Origin: Hydrurus foetidus
Taxonomy: Eukaryota
Assembly (NCBI GenBank): GCA_900617105.1
Contig: UYFQ01000557.1
Coordinates: forward strand, 1 to 47,385
DNA: 47,385 bases
Reading direction: 5' to 3'
Below the pieces are notes generated by a model, which made no database searches, was not told the origin of the DNA, and saw nothing but the letters and a program-made list of their open reading frames with translations. The translations under genes and the position numbers were made by a program. Within the stretch, counting starts at the first letter, position 1. Each line of letters begins with the position of its first letter. Shown here in pieces: positions 24,501 to 37,807 of this stretch.

Positions 24501-27500
24501 CACTAAGGTGGAGATGCCGAAAAAAGCTGTGGTGCCTGTAGTCGCAGAGAGGGTGGAGAGCGAGATAGGGACACTACCCCCTAGGCGAAGGAGCAGCACC
24601 ATATTGGTAGATTTCTCCGCAGGGAGAAGTATAGAGAATGCGAAGGACATTCCTGAAGCGCATGGTGGACGCCAGAGCAGTGGCTCAGAGCCCTCCCCGT
24701 CTTCATCTCCATCTCCTTCCCCTTCTCAGTCACCATCTCTATCTCTCAGCGGTGCAAATAGCATCTCCCCATCGCTGACAGCCCTACAGCGTGAGAGCGG
24801 CAGAGAGCTGTATCATCAAGATGGAGACGAGGACAGTGGAGTCGGTGCATCAGGGAGTTATCTTGACCTAGACGAGGAAGAGACGGAAGATGAAGTCAAT
24901 GACCTACGGTGCCCTGCAGGTTTCTGATCTGAAATTTCCTCTAACCTTTTCTGACTCTCATGCGAAGTCATCACGTAACTTCTGGTCGTTCTACCATATT
25001 GCACTCACACTAACACTAACACTAACTGACGATACTTACGATGCAGTTGTGCTGCCACAGGGCAGGAGATCCTTCACTGCTGGAGGTACCACTGAAGATG
25101 CTATATTCGACACTCTGCATCACTCCATCGGAGGAGAGGACATCTCAGGCCATGAGGAGACATTGAGCAGACTGCTACATGGAAAGGGACTGAACGAGAG
25201 GAGCAAGGACCAGCAGCATACTGACCATCCGAAGGGAATATCCATGGCCATGGTGCCGCCGTTCATCCGGTTCCTGAGGAGGAATGAAGAGCTCTTGGCG
25301 AGGAAGGTTTCTCAGCTGAGCATCATGCTGAGAGAAGCGAAAGGTGAGGGACTAATTGATTTGATGCACTGCATCGAAATCCGTTGCACTGTGTTGTGTT
25401 GAACTGTATAGTACTCCACGTGCTGTCCTGTGCTTCGACGTCACTGCAACCGGGTTATCACTTCGAGGAGCTATGAAACACCTTGTCAGCAATCTTTCAA
25501 TTTAGCTCCCTTCTCCGAGCACTCCTCTATCCACATCTGAACTAGTCTCTTTACTGCCTCTACCTCTCAGGTTTGAACGAGCAATTCGAGCATACTCTAT
25601 CCGGAATAGATTTGGATCTCGTGTTTGACATGTACGGCAACGTTCAAAACAGGAAGTACGTCACACCCTCTGCTCCAAGACTGTGTGTCACAGAGGACTG
25701 CGGATCAGTTTCGAAGCGCAGCACGGGCTTTAAAGGATTTCCTGATTCTATAGGAGGAAGAGTAGATGGTGTCAGCGATGACTTCATCGTGATGGCAGAC
25801 CCCCACACGCACAGCATCTGTCGAGACGGAGGGGCGGGCAGTGAGGGCGGTGGCTCTTACGTCCGTTTCAGCGACACAGGCCGTAGGACCACGAGATACC
25901 CAGGTGACATCTCGCCCCTCGAGAATGGGGATCGGGGCCAGGGCAGGGACAAGGGGTCGACAGACATCAGTGGAGGGCCCGGTGACAAGGTAGTGGCGAG
26001 GAAGAGGATGATGAGGACCGAGAAGAGCATCGCTGCACTGAGGGACAGCCTCGAGAAATCAGCGAGCAGCAAGGCGATCCACGCTCCAGTCACCCAGATG
26101 GTCTTGAAGGCACCCGCAGCTGTTGCGGTGACGCCACATCAGCTGTACGAGTACGGGAGGGCGATCAAGGCGATGAGGAGCATTCAAGAAGGAATCAAGA
26201 GCCACAAGGCGTGGCTCTATGATGCAGATGCAGGAGACGCCATGATTGTAAGCGCTCTCACTTCACCCTCCCCTAAATATCATGCCTCAACTCATCGCAC
26301 CGTCTCCTATCTGCATCAAACTCTCTGACTGCCCACTAAAACCTCTCAAGCTCACTCCTATATTCCGCACTTGTTATGACAGCAAAGCATGTACGGCGGT
26401 GCGTGTCAGCCACTAGAAGTACTGACGAAAAGCCTGCTGCTCCCCACGTACAACAAAGCTCTGTCGGAGGAAGGAGCACAGCGGCCACTAGATAGGATTC
26501 TCTCATCTCCTCCAGACGCAGACGCAGATGAAGCAGTGGGTGGCGATGAGGTAAGGTGAAGTACGGATCGGCATTGAAGAGGATCTCGCTCATTATCTCA
26601 TTAGCAATTCCCTGATAGCCGCGACTATGGGAAGTTTGGTCTACAGACTTTCCCACGCATGCTCACATCATGTGATCCCCATATTTCTCTAGGATCTTGG
26701 GTCGACCATTCCGAGTGATGGCGCGGAGGGATGTCAAAGGGATGATCGTCATTGTTCCGAGGCTGACAGCGGGGCAAAGGGGCAGCAAGAGGAGAGAGCG
26801 GGTGGGGATGTGAAGGAGGGTAGAGGCGGAGAGGAGGGGAGCATAGTGAGGGAGGTGCTGGAAGTGCGGAACACCCTCTCGGCAACTAGAGATGCGTGTG
26901 GAGGTCAGCATCAGAAGTGCCTGACTGTCCGACCGTCTACAAGTCTCTTTGTTTGTCTGTCTTCTCGTTTATGTCCCTCGAAGTTTTTACCATGCCACGT
27001 GTGCTTCTACGCAAGCATTCACACGCCGTCAGTCATATGACGGCACCGCCATTATCCTCACCCAATCTGATGCATTTGTGCTGTATGCGATACATATAAC
27101 AGGTTGGCGAGCAGCTGTCTACCGCACTGACGGGACCTTGGACCTTGGAGTGCATCTGAACTCCTGGGGGGACGCTGACAAGATATCCATCCTCAAGGTC
27201 ACTCACAGCACGAGCATGATATTATGTGATGTGACGTGACGTGACGTGATGTAACTAGACAATTTGATTCAACCCACGTTCATTGACTCCACAATTTGTT
27301 GGGCGGGAAGAGATCGGGAAAAGATGAAAGAATTGCTCTATGTGTTACAATACCTAAATTGCATTCTGGCTTGTTGCCCTGCAGGAGCAAGTCCAGGGTC
27401 TGCAGAAAGAGTTCAAGAAGAAGAGAGCGAAGTCGAAGGCGGACATGGACGAGCTGAAGAACGTAATGACGCTGCAGGTGCCTCCGTGCGCACACTGCCC

Positions 27501-30500
27501 GTCACTTTTCGTCCCTTCTACATTGCTCTCTTCTCCTCTCTGCCCATTGTGCATAGCTGACGCCAGTTCCTAACGTGAACATCCTATTCCTGTTATTGAA
27601 CCTCCGATCACCTAGTGCGGATAAATCGCACAACTTGTAATTGATCAGTTGCTTTCTTTCTCCATATCAAACCGTTCGTATCCGTATTCGTATCCATGCA
27701 GCGAGTTCACGACGAGAACATACTGTCTCTCAAGCTTGCTGAGCTAACCGATCTGAAGGAGAAGTGTAGAGACGACATGGCTGCCTTCGTGCAGTCGACA
27801 GACGACATCTCCATTTACAGAAGGGTCAAGAGAGGTAATACCTTTACAACCCCCCCGACTGGACACTTTAACTCTCTTTCGTAATCCCGTCCCCCTATTG
27901 CCGCTGCTGTCCATTCCTCTCGATGACGATATTCTGTTATATTTTAGGTATTCTGAGTGGCGCTATACAGAGTGAGGAAGTCATCTACGGAGCAGAAGAC
28001 ATCACTGCTCTGCAGCAAGCAGTGCTAGGAGCAGCAGCCTTCCTTAACAAACTCAGCGGAAAGTACAGGACAGAGCACGTACTATTTCCCTCACAGTTAC
28101 GGAGGGTGCCCGACACAGCGGTGCTCGGTCCGAGCGGCAACAGTGTAGCGTCTATTTCGGACAGCACTGTGGGCGAATATAGAGGAGGGGTCAAGGGAGA
28201 GGGAGAAAGGGAGGGAGAGGGGGTAGAGGGTCTGCACTCCTCCAGTCTATTCGCTCAGGACGCAACCTCTATCTCCACAACTATCAAAGAGAATGAAGAG
28301 CGAGTCCGACAGACGAACGGGACCCTGCATAAAGATTCCATGAAGGAGGTGGATGTAGAGGTTAACCAACTACTGCGGTTTGCTCCCTCCTCCCCCTCTG
28401 GATATGACCGCACTCACACACAGACTGACAGCTCCCATCTCGCCGCTCACTTGGAGCGGAAGGGTGTCCTTCTTGAACGGTCCATTCCTGCCAAGATGGA
28501 GAACACGGGCAACAAGTCCTTCGTGGACAGAAATGTGAGGGATCTATGGCGCATCGACCAGAGAAACAGCATTCTGGACAAGGCAAGGGCGAGAGACAAC
28601 AACATGATCGCACGGCCATCCTCTTCAGTGTCAAGAGGTACTGTATGCCTCGGTCTTCTGACAGCAGCACTACATTAATGTATCGTGTGTTCTCCATGGC
28701 TCCTAGGCGAGCAGGGACTCAGGCCACCCATAACGTAGCCCTTTCCTTTCCATGCCATTACTTCATGTCCCATCTCCCTACATTTACCCTTGCCTCGTCT
28801 TGTCCTGTCTTATCTGTATATCAATCGCACACACACAGTTGGACCTGAGACTTTGATGGTGGATCTCACCCGTAACACCAAACAGCACGGAGGTGTTATT
28901 GAGGGGAGGGTCGAGCTAGTGCACCTGACAGCTTTCGGGACTGCCTCTCTATCGAATAAAGGGGAGGAGAAAGAGATAATCGGTGCTCCCCGACCCAGCT
29001 CCACCCCCTCCCCCTCTGACAGAGGAACGCTGGAGGGACGCAACTCACTGATTAGTCGTACTGATCCTCCACTAAGTCTAGAAGCGCAGATAGAGGGTAA
29101 TCTGGCCGCGTTTGACAGGTGGATAGATCGATGCAATACTGTTGCATTGCGCTCAATTCAGTCGGAACGCATTCTTATAATCTTCGTACTAACTGCCTGA
29201 CATCACATCGATATCCTCCCTGTCAGCACGGATGATCATCACATGAGGCGAGGTCAGCGGCATGGTTGCGATCTAGGGGCCCTAGCGGACAATCTGTTGA
29301 GCGCCTGTCAGTCGGTGTCCTCGAGGCTCATGGAGTTTACCAGGCTGGAGGTAATTGCAGTGCAGTCGTAATGCATGACATACTGTGCTATGTTGTGCGA
29401 TGTGTTGAATGTGTGGATGGCGCAGCGCTGACTACACATGTCCATTAAGTAGTAGATAGTTAGGCCATACCGTTCTTCGATAGCAAGGTATCTAATATGT
29501 GATCCTGGTCAGTTACTCTGATATCGCTCTGGCTGTGCAAGGACATATCGTTTCGACAGCTAAGAATCCCATCTTTCCTTCCTCATGTCCAAGCAGTTTC
29601 GCTCCAAGTTGGAGGACATCATCGCTGGAATGGAGTCACCCCACACCCACACCCACACTGCTGACGCTGACTCTGGGTCGTTCCTTCAAGGAGAGATGTG
29701 GAGGGACATACCGCATGGTGCAACCAGGCCACCGACAGGGATAGGGGGAGGTTACGGTGAGTCAGGGTGGTACGTGTCGTTGGATAGATAATGTCATGTG
29801 ATCCAGCGAAGTGTGTTATCATACAGTTCGGTGCAGAGCACAGCAGCTTAGACAGTCAAAGCGCGGAATAGCTCATTGAAGTTAGTTAGGTCAACTGGAA
29901 TATGACGAGCAAGCTTTGGGTTAGTGTGTCATATCATGTAGTATGGAGCAGAATTAGGCGGATTAGAGTAGCATGGAGGGGTTGAGTGCTGTCACGGGAC
30001 AGTCACGTCCACTCATGTCCTGCAGGGTGTGGAAACAGTAGTGCACCCTTGCTCGCACTGGCAGTACGGTGCTTTCAACTGCAGCGTTTCAATGCGCCTC
30101 ATGTGCGCTGTCAGATGTCAAACGCTGTCAATACGCTTCTTCTCATTGACTCATCCTTTCGCATCTTCAATTACTGCTCAGCTTTGACTTGTCCTAGCAC
30201 AGAGAGCAGTAGAGAGAGGGACACCAAGAGGGGCTGCTACGATAGTGTGTACCACTCTGTGTCGTCCTCCCGTCCCACCGACACAGAAGTGCTCAATAAA
30301 AGACTTTTGAGTGATGTGGTTAACTTTGTTCGTCTGACCACGAAAGCTATCAAGGTGCATGTGAGCGAAACCGCCAGACTGGACAACATACTGCAAGACA
30401 TCGCTGAGAACTATTTCCCAGAGGCGTTCAGCAACGAGGCAGTCCTGCTGCAGGCGAGGAGGTCTGTCGAGGGGGAGAGAGCACTTGACTTGGGAGGGAC

Positions 30501-30993
30501 GGGGACGGGGGGCGTGACTTCCAAGGGGGGCAGAACATACCCCTCACACGCCCGCAGCCAGGTGCACAGACTGAGGCCCATAGCGACTGAAACAGTACGG
30601 CACGCGTCTTCAGAGACCTCAATTGGTCCTGTCCCATCGGCGGGGAGGGGCAGCAAACTCCTCCGCATCGCTGACAGCACTGCACCACAGGGGACGCTGA
30701 TTCTGTCACAAACATCTCCGAGGAACCCCTCTCGCCCTCTCAGCGCTTCCGGGTCACTGGAGACACATGTGCCGCACCACATCAATAGCAGTAGCTGTAG
30801 CAGTAGCAGGAGTGAGGCCCTGATGGCGCTGCCCGACTCTCTCACAGGTCTCATGCCGCCTCGCACATCCACCGCTCAGCTCAGCAAGAAAACTCTCCTG
30901 CATGCGAAGAAAACTTTCGCTTCGAAGTCGGGTAAGGATTTCGACTCCCGCCTCGGATCAGCCCAGCACCGCTGTCACTCTCAGTGCAGCTGA
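18585..30993 (+). CDS. Very large multi-exon hypothetical protein (coiled-coil and low-complexity segments, internal duplication)
   Basis: Chain of + strand ORFs. Frame-consistent GT-AG junctions were checked by hand for many introns up to about 26.9 kb (e.g. 18900-18996, 19151-19252). Later junctions were not all verified. The start codon is uncertain and this could be more than one gene. Confidence 0.55.
19253..23038 (+). repeat. Intragenic tandem duplication of a four-exon block (copy 1 ~19253-20306, copy 2 ~20591-23038)
   Basis: Near-identical blocks at ~19415-19656 vs ~20866-21103 (intron end plus exon VKSLQSALESSQ...RLND), ~19823-19880 vs ~21238-21295, and ~20105-20306 vs ~22837-23038 (HASA.DRQASV...KKDLAAFV). 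Confidence 0.9.
22345..22764 (+). repeat. Coding minisatellite, 10 x 42 bp (RHSRDEVPHSNEEV)
   Basis: Ten 14-codon units counted in ORF 21355-23085. Each unit consists of two related 21-bp halves. Confidence 0.95.
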
Positions 30994-31238
30994 GGGCCAC
31001 TCGAAAAATATTTCAATCATCTATTGGCTGCATTACACGGTTCCTGGAAGTCCTTTTATTTCAATCTTTTCGGACTTTCTATCGGTCCCTAAGCCTAACC
31101 CGACCTGCGTCAACTGTAACATGTATCCTACTGTAGTGTATTGTATTATACTGTACTGGATGTCTGTTGACCGTAACGGGTCTTCTCAACGCGCTTGTAT
31201 CTGTGGGCACTGCGCATTAGTTGCATATGTGCATTCTA

Positions 31239-31294
31239 AGTGAGTGAGTGAGTGAGTGAGTGAGTGAGTGAGTGAGTGAGTGAGTGAGTGAGTG
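31239..31294. repeat. (AGTG)n microsatellite
   Basis: Directly visible. Confidence 0.95.
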
Positions 31295-31991
31295 CCGTGC
31301 ATAATGTTTGTCCTCTGCGTGGTGTTACATGTACACTTGTGAAACTTAAGCATTTGCGTTCAAGCAAACACACGAACATTTCGAATCGCGGCCTGATGCC
31401 GTGTGCTGTGAGAGGACACACCGAGTGACACAACACTCATACTTGCAGAAGATGCCCGTGAATTCCTCTGCACAGTACTATGTGATGCAATGGCCAAGTT
31501 ACATCATGACAGATACGATACGGTCAATGCCCTCCCCCTCCCCCTTCCCTTACACAGACACACCTCCTCGCCCACCTTCAGCTCTCTTCTCAAACGCTGT
31601 CAGAGATGCTGCATGTAATTCACTTGACTTGACAATAACTGAAGAATAAGATGTGACGTGACAAGTGACAGGAGTTCGTTACTTGCTCTGCTTCTGTATG
31701 GTTCGAAATTCAATCAAGTACACAACAGAACAAAATAGAAGAGGACAGGAAGTCGAGAGATAGCAGGTAAATTGAGGAAAGGAATGTAATCAATCAACGG
31801 GTTGAGTATAAGATAAGTGTCAGGATCGAGACGGAATCTGAGGGTCTCAGTTCCTACTGTCAGTCGTGTAGGATAAGGTATAGAGTAAAAATGTCTCGCG
31901 GGGAAATGTGAAATGTGTGTTAGAAAAGGGATCGGATCAATAAATAAGTGATAATGCTTCGCCACACGATGAGTTGCTTGGAAAGGTCCGC

Positions 31992-33369
31992 TCAAGCTGC
32001 ATGGCGCTCGGTGCGTATCACGTTATGGGAGAGAGGAGTGTTAGCAGTGATGCACTTGGCGGACACCGGTGCCCCCCCTCCACTCTCAGTGTCCGCATCA
32101 TCACCGTGCAGAGCGTTTTGAACCGAGCTCTGGGTCACCCTCTCTACGAACACCTCGGATCCGTTCTTGTTCAACTTCCTCTGGCTCCCAGACTGGGCAC
32201 CGGTTCCATCCTCACTGGGGACAGAGCAAGTCCAGAACTGACTGCTGCTGGCCGCATCCCCATCTACAGAATCTGCTTTCACTACGCGGTGGCGGAAGCC
32301 GTAACTCCCGACTGACCTCCTCCCTGCCAAGCTCTCCATCTATTAGGAGAAATAAAATGGTGTGAGATGAAATAAAGTGAAATGAAATGGAATGGAGGGG
32401 TCGGGTAGAGACAGATAGATAGATGAGGGTGCGTGGGTTAGGAGGTGAGATAGAGGCATAAACCGATCGATGCGAAGAACGGAAGGACACAGCTGATTGC
32501 CGTGCATCTCGATTCCACTACACTCATTCGTGGCTAACCTCTTGAATAATGTGCAGGGGACCGTAGTAGAAAGTGCGCTTCCAAGCAGCGATGTAGACAT
32601 CCTTGGCGATAACGAGGGAGACGAGGAAGAAGACAGAGAGCCAAAAGGATCCGTTGACAGCCAGATCTCTCATCAAGTGGTACCAGTTGTAGTCCAGCCA
32701 AATGAATGAAGAGATGAAGAATGCTGTAGCGAACCAACTCAATATCGAGAACACTATCGCTGCTAAGTGCAACAGCGTCCATCTTGATTGGAATAAAAAT
32801 ATCTGCGGGGTGTAGGGGAACAGAGGCAAAAGAAAGAAATGATGAGACCATGCGTGAGGTAGTTAGCAGAAGAGAGGAATCAGTCGGGACTTCTATCTGT
32901 CTGTCCATCTCTCTGTCTGTCCACTTATCTATCAGGCAGTACGGATCGTGGTACATACTCAGCAGCATGCAGAGGCGGACGGGGCTTAGGTTGGGTTCGT
33001 GGGTCATAAATGAAGCTGGTCTCGCTATGACGTCCACTTAGACAAACACACACAGACATTCCATGGGACTGCGAGTCGCTGACCTTGAAGTTGACGACAA
33101 TGACGACTGTCGTGAAGCACGTGGCTCCTGCCTTCCAGAACGTGTCCATCACTCCGGTCAGCGGCATGGAGTTGTCCAAAAAGTAGAGGGGCAGCACGGA
33201 CAGGAGTACAGACTCCATCAGAGCCTCTAGTATCATCAGCCAGAAAGACCAGGACTAGTGGAGGTGGAGGTGGAATGAAATGGTGTTGATGTGACAGATA
33301 TCAAAATGGAGCCACTGTGGGTAGACAGCGACAATGACAGTGACATTGGTGGTCCAACGTAGATGGTCT

Positions 33370-33445
<76 letters not shown>

Positions 33446-34103
33446 GGCTGCTTCTCATGCACGAGGAATCGATGCGCAAGGGAAATGATATTCTGCTCAA
33501 TCAGGTAACATATCGTACTACACCGCACTGCACAGTACCGCACCTTGAAGTACTCGTTCTTAATGCAGGATCTGTAGAGCTGCGGGTGTCTGAAGATGGC
33601 GGAAGGGGACACGTCCATATCGTACACGCCCAGCATGAGGATGGGTATGGAGGTGTACATGAGGTTAAATAGCTGGATGGCACCCTCTGTGTAGTACTTC
33701 TGCCCCGACCACGCGTTGTTGAAGTTGAACCAGAACTGCGCCATGCTCATCAAAACGTTCTTGTAGAACATGTACTGCACCACGCGGCACATTCTGATGT
33801 AGTTGAAGCGACCGTGCTTTAGCAGCAATACGGACAGAAAGCGGAACTGCGCTATCGCGAAGTCGGAGGCGTTGACTGCTTGGAGCCCTTCCTCCCCCCT
33901 GATGCCGACCCCAACATGGGCCTCTTGAATCATTGCCACGTCGTTGGCCCCGTCCCCAATAGAGAGAGTGCGCACCCCAGGCACACCTGATACGATTTGC
34001 GGAGGGAGAAGGAGGGTGAGAGGAGTGACAATGTATCCAATGAAGAAAGCGCATCACGTCAGCCGTCTGACATCTAACATCAGATGAGATGGTATTCGCA
34101 GTC

Positions 34104-34136
<33 letters not shown>

Positions 34137-37100
34137 CAGAAAGGCACACACACACACATAGACAGACAGGCAAGCAGACAGATAGCAGGACGCACTGACC
34201 GGTCTTTATGAGCTGCACTAAAGATCGCTTCTGGTCGGGCGACACTCTGCACGCCACCACAGCTCTGCACCTCGTGGAGAACTCCAGCAGTGCTGACCGG
34301 ATAGCAGGGTCAGCCATCGCGGTGATGAGGGAGGGGCCGTCTATCACGAGGGCGCGAGGTCTGTCAGCGGCTGAGGGGTCGGAGCTCAGGTTGAGGGCTT
34401 TCTCCTTGGGGCTCGTTGAAGACGTCTCTATGTCGTATCTCTGAGAATGCAATGCGAGATGGATTTGATGAGTTATTACGGAGGGTGAAAGACCGGCAGA
34501 TAGTGTGGCGTGATGGGAAGTGCAGAGAGGGAAGCAGAGGAAGAGCCAGTGAGGTAGCGACAGACTGACAGATTGACAGACAGAGGGGACTGTGAAGATC
34601 AAGAGGATGAGTCACCCACCTCGCTCTCTCTGTTGAGCAGTGTTAGAGCATCCTGGCCTGTGGGGCAGGAGTGCGCGTTCACGATGACGTACTCCATGTG
34701 GCTGGTGGGCAGCAGCAAGTTGCACGCCACTGATACGCGATACAGCACATGCAGGGAGATAAGATAAGATGAGATAAGACAAGATAAGAAATGCGGTGAG
34801 CCGTTATGACATGGCATGAGAGGTTGCGGTACTGTCAGATCATAGAAGAACGGTGATGGTGTCTGAAAATTACATCAAGTACGTTGTCACTCTCATACAT
34901 TGACATCGTGAACGAGTCATCTACCACCTGCAATGTTGACGGCTATTTCCTCTTTGTCTCCGGTTAAAACCCATATCTTTATTCCGGCCTCGGCCAACGC
35001 GGCTATGCACTGAGGCACCCCATCCTGCAGTCTGCAGCAGTACATAGAAGTACGAATGTGAGAGAGAGAGACACACACGCAGAAAAAGTGTGTGTGTGTG
35101 AGAGAGAGAAAGAGAGTATGTGTGCGAGAGAGAGAGTGAATGAGAGAGTGTGTGTTTGTGTGTGAGAGAGAGAGAGAGACAGACAGTGAGAGAGAGAGAG
35201 AGCACTGTACCTGTCCTCCAGAGCGGTTGATCCCAACAGGGTGAGTCCTTGTTCTATTTCGTCCTGCAGGTCTTCAATCTCATTGTCCACCCCTAGCCGC
35301 TTTTTCTCTATCTCCTCCATGTTGGTGGACGCTCGTGCGTACCTCTCCCTCCACTCTAAGAACTGATCACCGCGGATCTCCACCTGTCCCACTAGGAGGC
35401 ATCTCAGTCCCTCCAGGGAGTACCGCTCTGCATCCTTGTTCGTCCTCTCCAGAATGTCCTCTTGGTTGGGGGACAGACGAGTGACTATCAGAGTGTCTGC
35501 GCCTTTGCAGAGCAGCCTGATGACGTTGTCTGTGTCGCGGATGATGACGCTCATTCTCTTTCGCTTCGAGGTGAATGCGAGGGACTCGAGCAGCTCCACT
35601 TCCTCTTCCAAGCCCCTCTCCTTGTTCATGTACATCACCTTCCCATCCCCTCTGCCTGTGAACTGAAATCCGAAGAACTCTGCAGCATACACCAGTGCCT
35701 CGTCATCAGGGTTGGGCGCGGATAGTTTGAGCTCTCCTCCCACCTTCTCTGCGATGACGTCATGGCAAATGGCGAGGGTCTTGAAGAACTGCTGAATTTT
35801 GGACTTCTGGATTCCGCCCTCCTGGAAGTCCTTCTCGTACGTAGGGCAATAGAAAGACACATGCGGCACTGCGAGCTCCTTCGCTCTCGCCTCCCCAGCC
35901 AGCACCTCCTCGGGCACCTCCTTGCCCTGCAGCTTCCAAGCAGCCTTCCCGATTTCGGTGATTCCTAATCCGTAAGAAACACCGTTTATGGAGGCTTTAC
36001 GGAAGTCCATGATGTTGCAGGTAAGTGTGCCCGTCTTGTCGGAGAATATATGCGATATCTGTCCGAGTTCCTCGTTCAGTGTCATTGTCCGTACGAGCGC
36101 AGGAGTGTCCGTAGCAGCGTGGTACATCTCCAAGTCGTTGTTCATGAAGTACGACTGGAATGAACGCACCACAGACATCGACACATACAGTGACACCGGG
36201 ATGAAAGTGGCATGTAGCAAGAAGAAGTAGAAGAACTGAATGAACCAGAAAGACACCGGGTTTGTCGGCAGCGCGATGTACCAGCTCTGCTTCACGCTCT
36301 TGATGCGGTTGAATAGGGCCTCCCCAGTGGCCCCAGTGAAGCAGACAAGGGCGAGGAGAATAATGATGCGCTTAATCTCTTGCGAAGTGGCAGTTTCGAG
36401 GAAGGATGTTTTCGGTTTCGTGACGGTGTTGCTCATCATGATCTTCGTGTCGTGGCCCGTGTTCACCACTAGTCCGATCATCCAGTCAGTGTTCCTCAGA
36501 ACGGTTCCTCTGAGCAGCATGTTGATGGGCTGCACAGGTGCCCTCCCGACTTCGGGTCCAAGGTCTATCACCCCTGAGAAGGAGTCGATCAGCTTGTTCG
36601 GGTGCTCCATCTCCAATACACCGTGTAGATCCTTTAATGCTGACACATCGGGAACCTTTCATGGAATGCAGCAGTGCAGATCGTAAGTTGTAAGAAGTAA
36701 GATGCACTAATAGAAAGAGAGGGCAAGAGTAGATAGGGCTACCTTGCTGAAAGTTGTCGGTAGTGCGTTTCTTAATTTGAGATTTGTTTCGCCGTCCAAG
36801 GACTTCGTCTCCACGTAGCATATTCCGAGCGGAATATCTGATTTCTCAGACACAGATAATGGTATTACATCTGCTGGTAGTGTAGCTCTATTCTCGATGA
36901 AAACGAAGTCCCCGACCTTCAATTCCAGCCACCGCGTTGGCTCAAATTGCTTCGTTTCTTTGTTGTACACAATAGTTGGAGATGCGTTTGCTTCTGCGTC
37001 AGCTCTATGCCTCGACAAATCCTCCAGAACTTGAAATATCCCATCGACGGTAACAACGAACAGCAGCGGAATAAGTGTCGTTGGGTAGCCATTTGTATTT

Positions 37101-37468
37101 GAAATAGGTTTGAAACACTGCAGAGCTGCGATCAGTAAGAAATAGCAGTTCGCAACTTTCGTCTTTGGATTGAATTCCTGAAAATTAATCAAAAAATAAT
37201 TGTTCAGATCATCGCAGTGAGCGACCACTTAACTTTTGCTTATGAGATATTGGTCATTGCATATTACCTCCAGAAGAAACTTCGGGAGAAAGTTGTAAAG
37301 TTCATATTTCGACGTCTTAACGAAGTTGGTGCAGAAAGAAAAAGTTTGCTCATCTCCAATTGCGACTATTCTTTTCGGCCGATCTAAGAGATCGTCTGCA
37401 GTGGGCTTTGGCCAGTTCTTGGGCAGTGAGAGAGGCTTTTCCTCTGAATTTGAGAACCATATCCCCAT
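31992..37468 (-). CDS. P4-type ATPase (phospholipid flippase, DRS2/ALA/ATP8-like), multi-exon
   Basis: [123 protein letters not shown]. The last exon starts at acceptor taatag|ATG 32339. Confidence 0.95.
33370..33445. repeat. (GACA)n intronic microsatellite; similar tract at ~34103-34160 and GA/GT tracts at ~35057-35201
   Basis: Directly visible. Confidence 0.95.
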
Positions 37469-37807
37469 TCTCCTCAAATAACGGTCACTTCAGAATGACT
37501 ATTTTCCGATTTACAGAGGCCTCAACGAAAAGCGCAGCTCCTCTAGCGCACAGTGGAGGCGCAACATACCATTCCCTATGCCGCAGTCTTCTGATCTCCG
37601 TGCTTATGTTATTCTGTGAACAGACTCAACGATTACACTGAAATATTAGACGTTGGGCAGCATACCGGTATAACGGAAAGAGGGGAGGGGAAAGACCCGG
37701 TAAAATTGCCTCTCAAATGCATTGTTCGCCTTTCCTTCTGTGCATTTTTGTGTAGTAAAAATGGTAGGTTCTCTATTATTAAGCAGAATATTTCATGCAA
37801 TTATCAA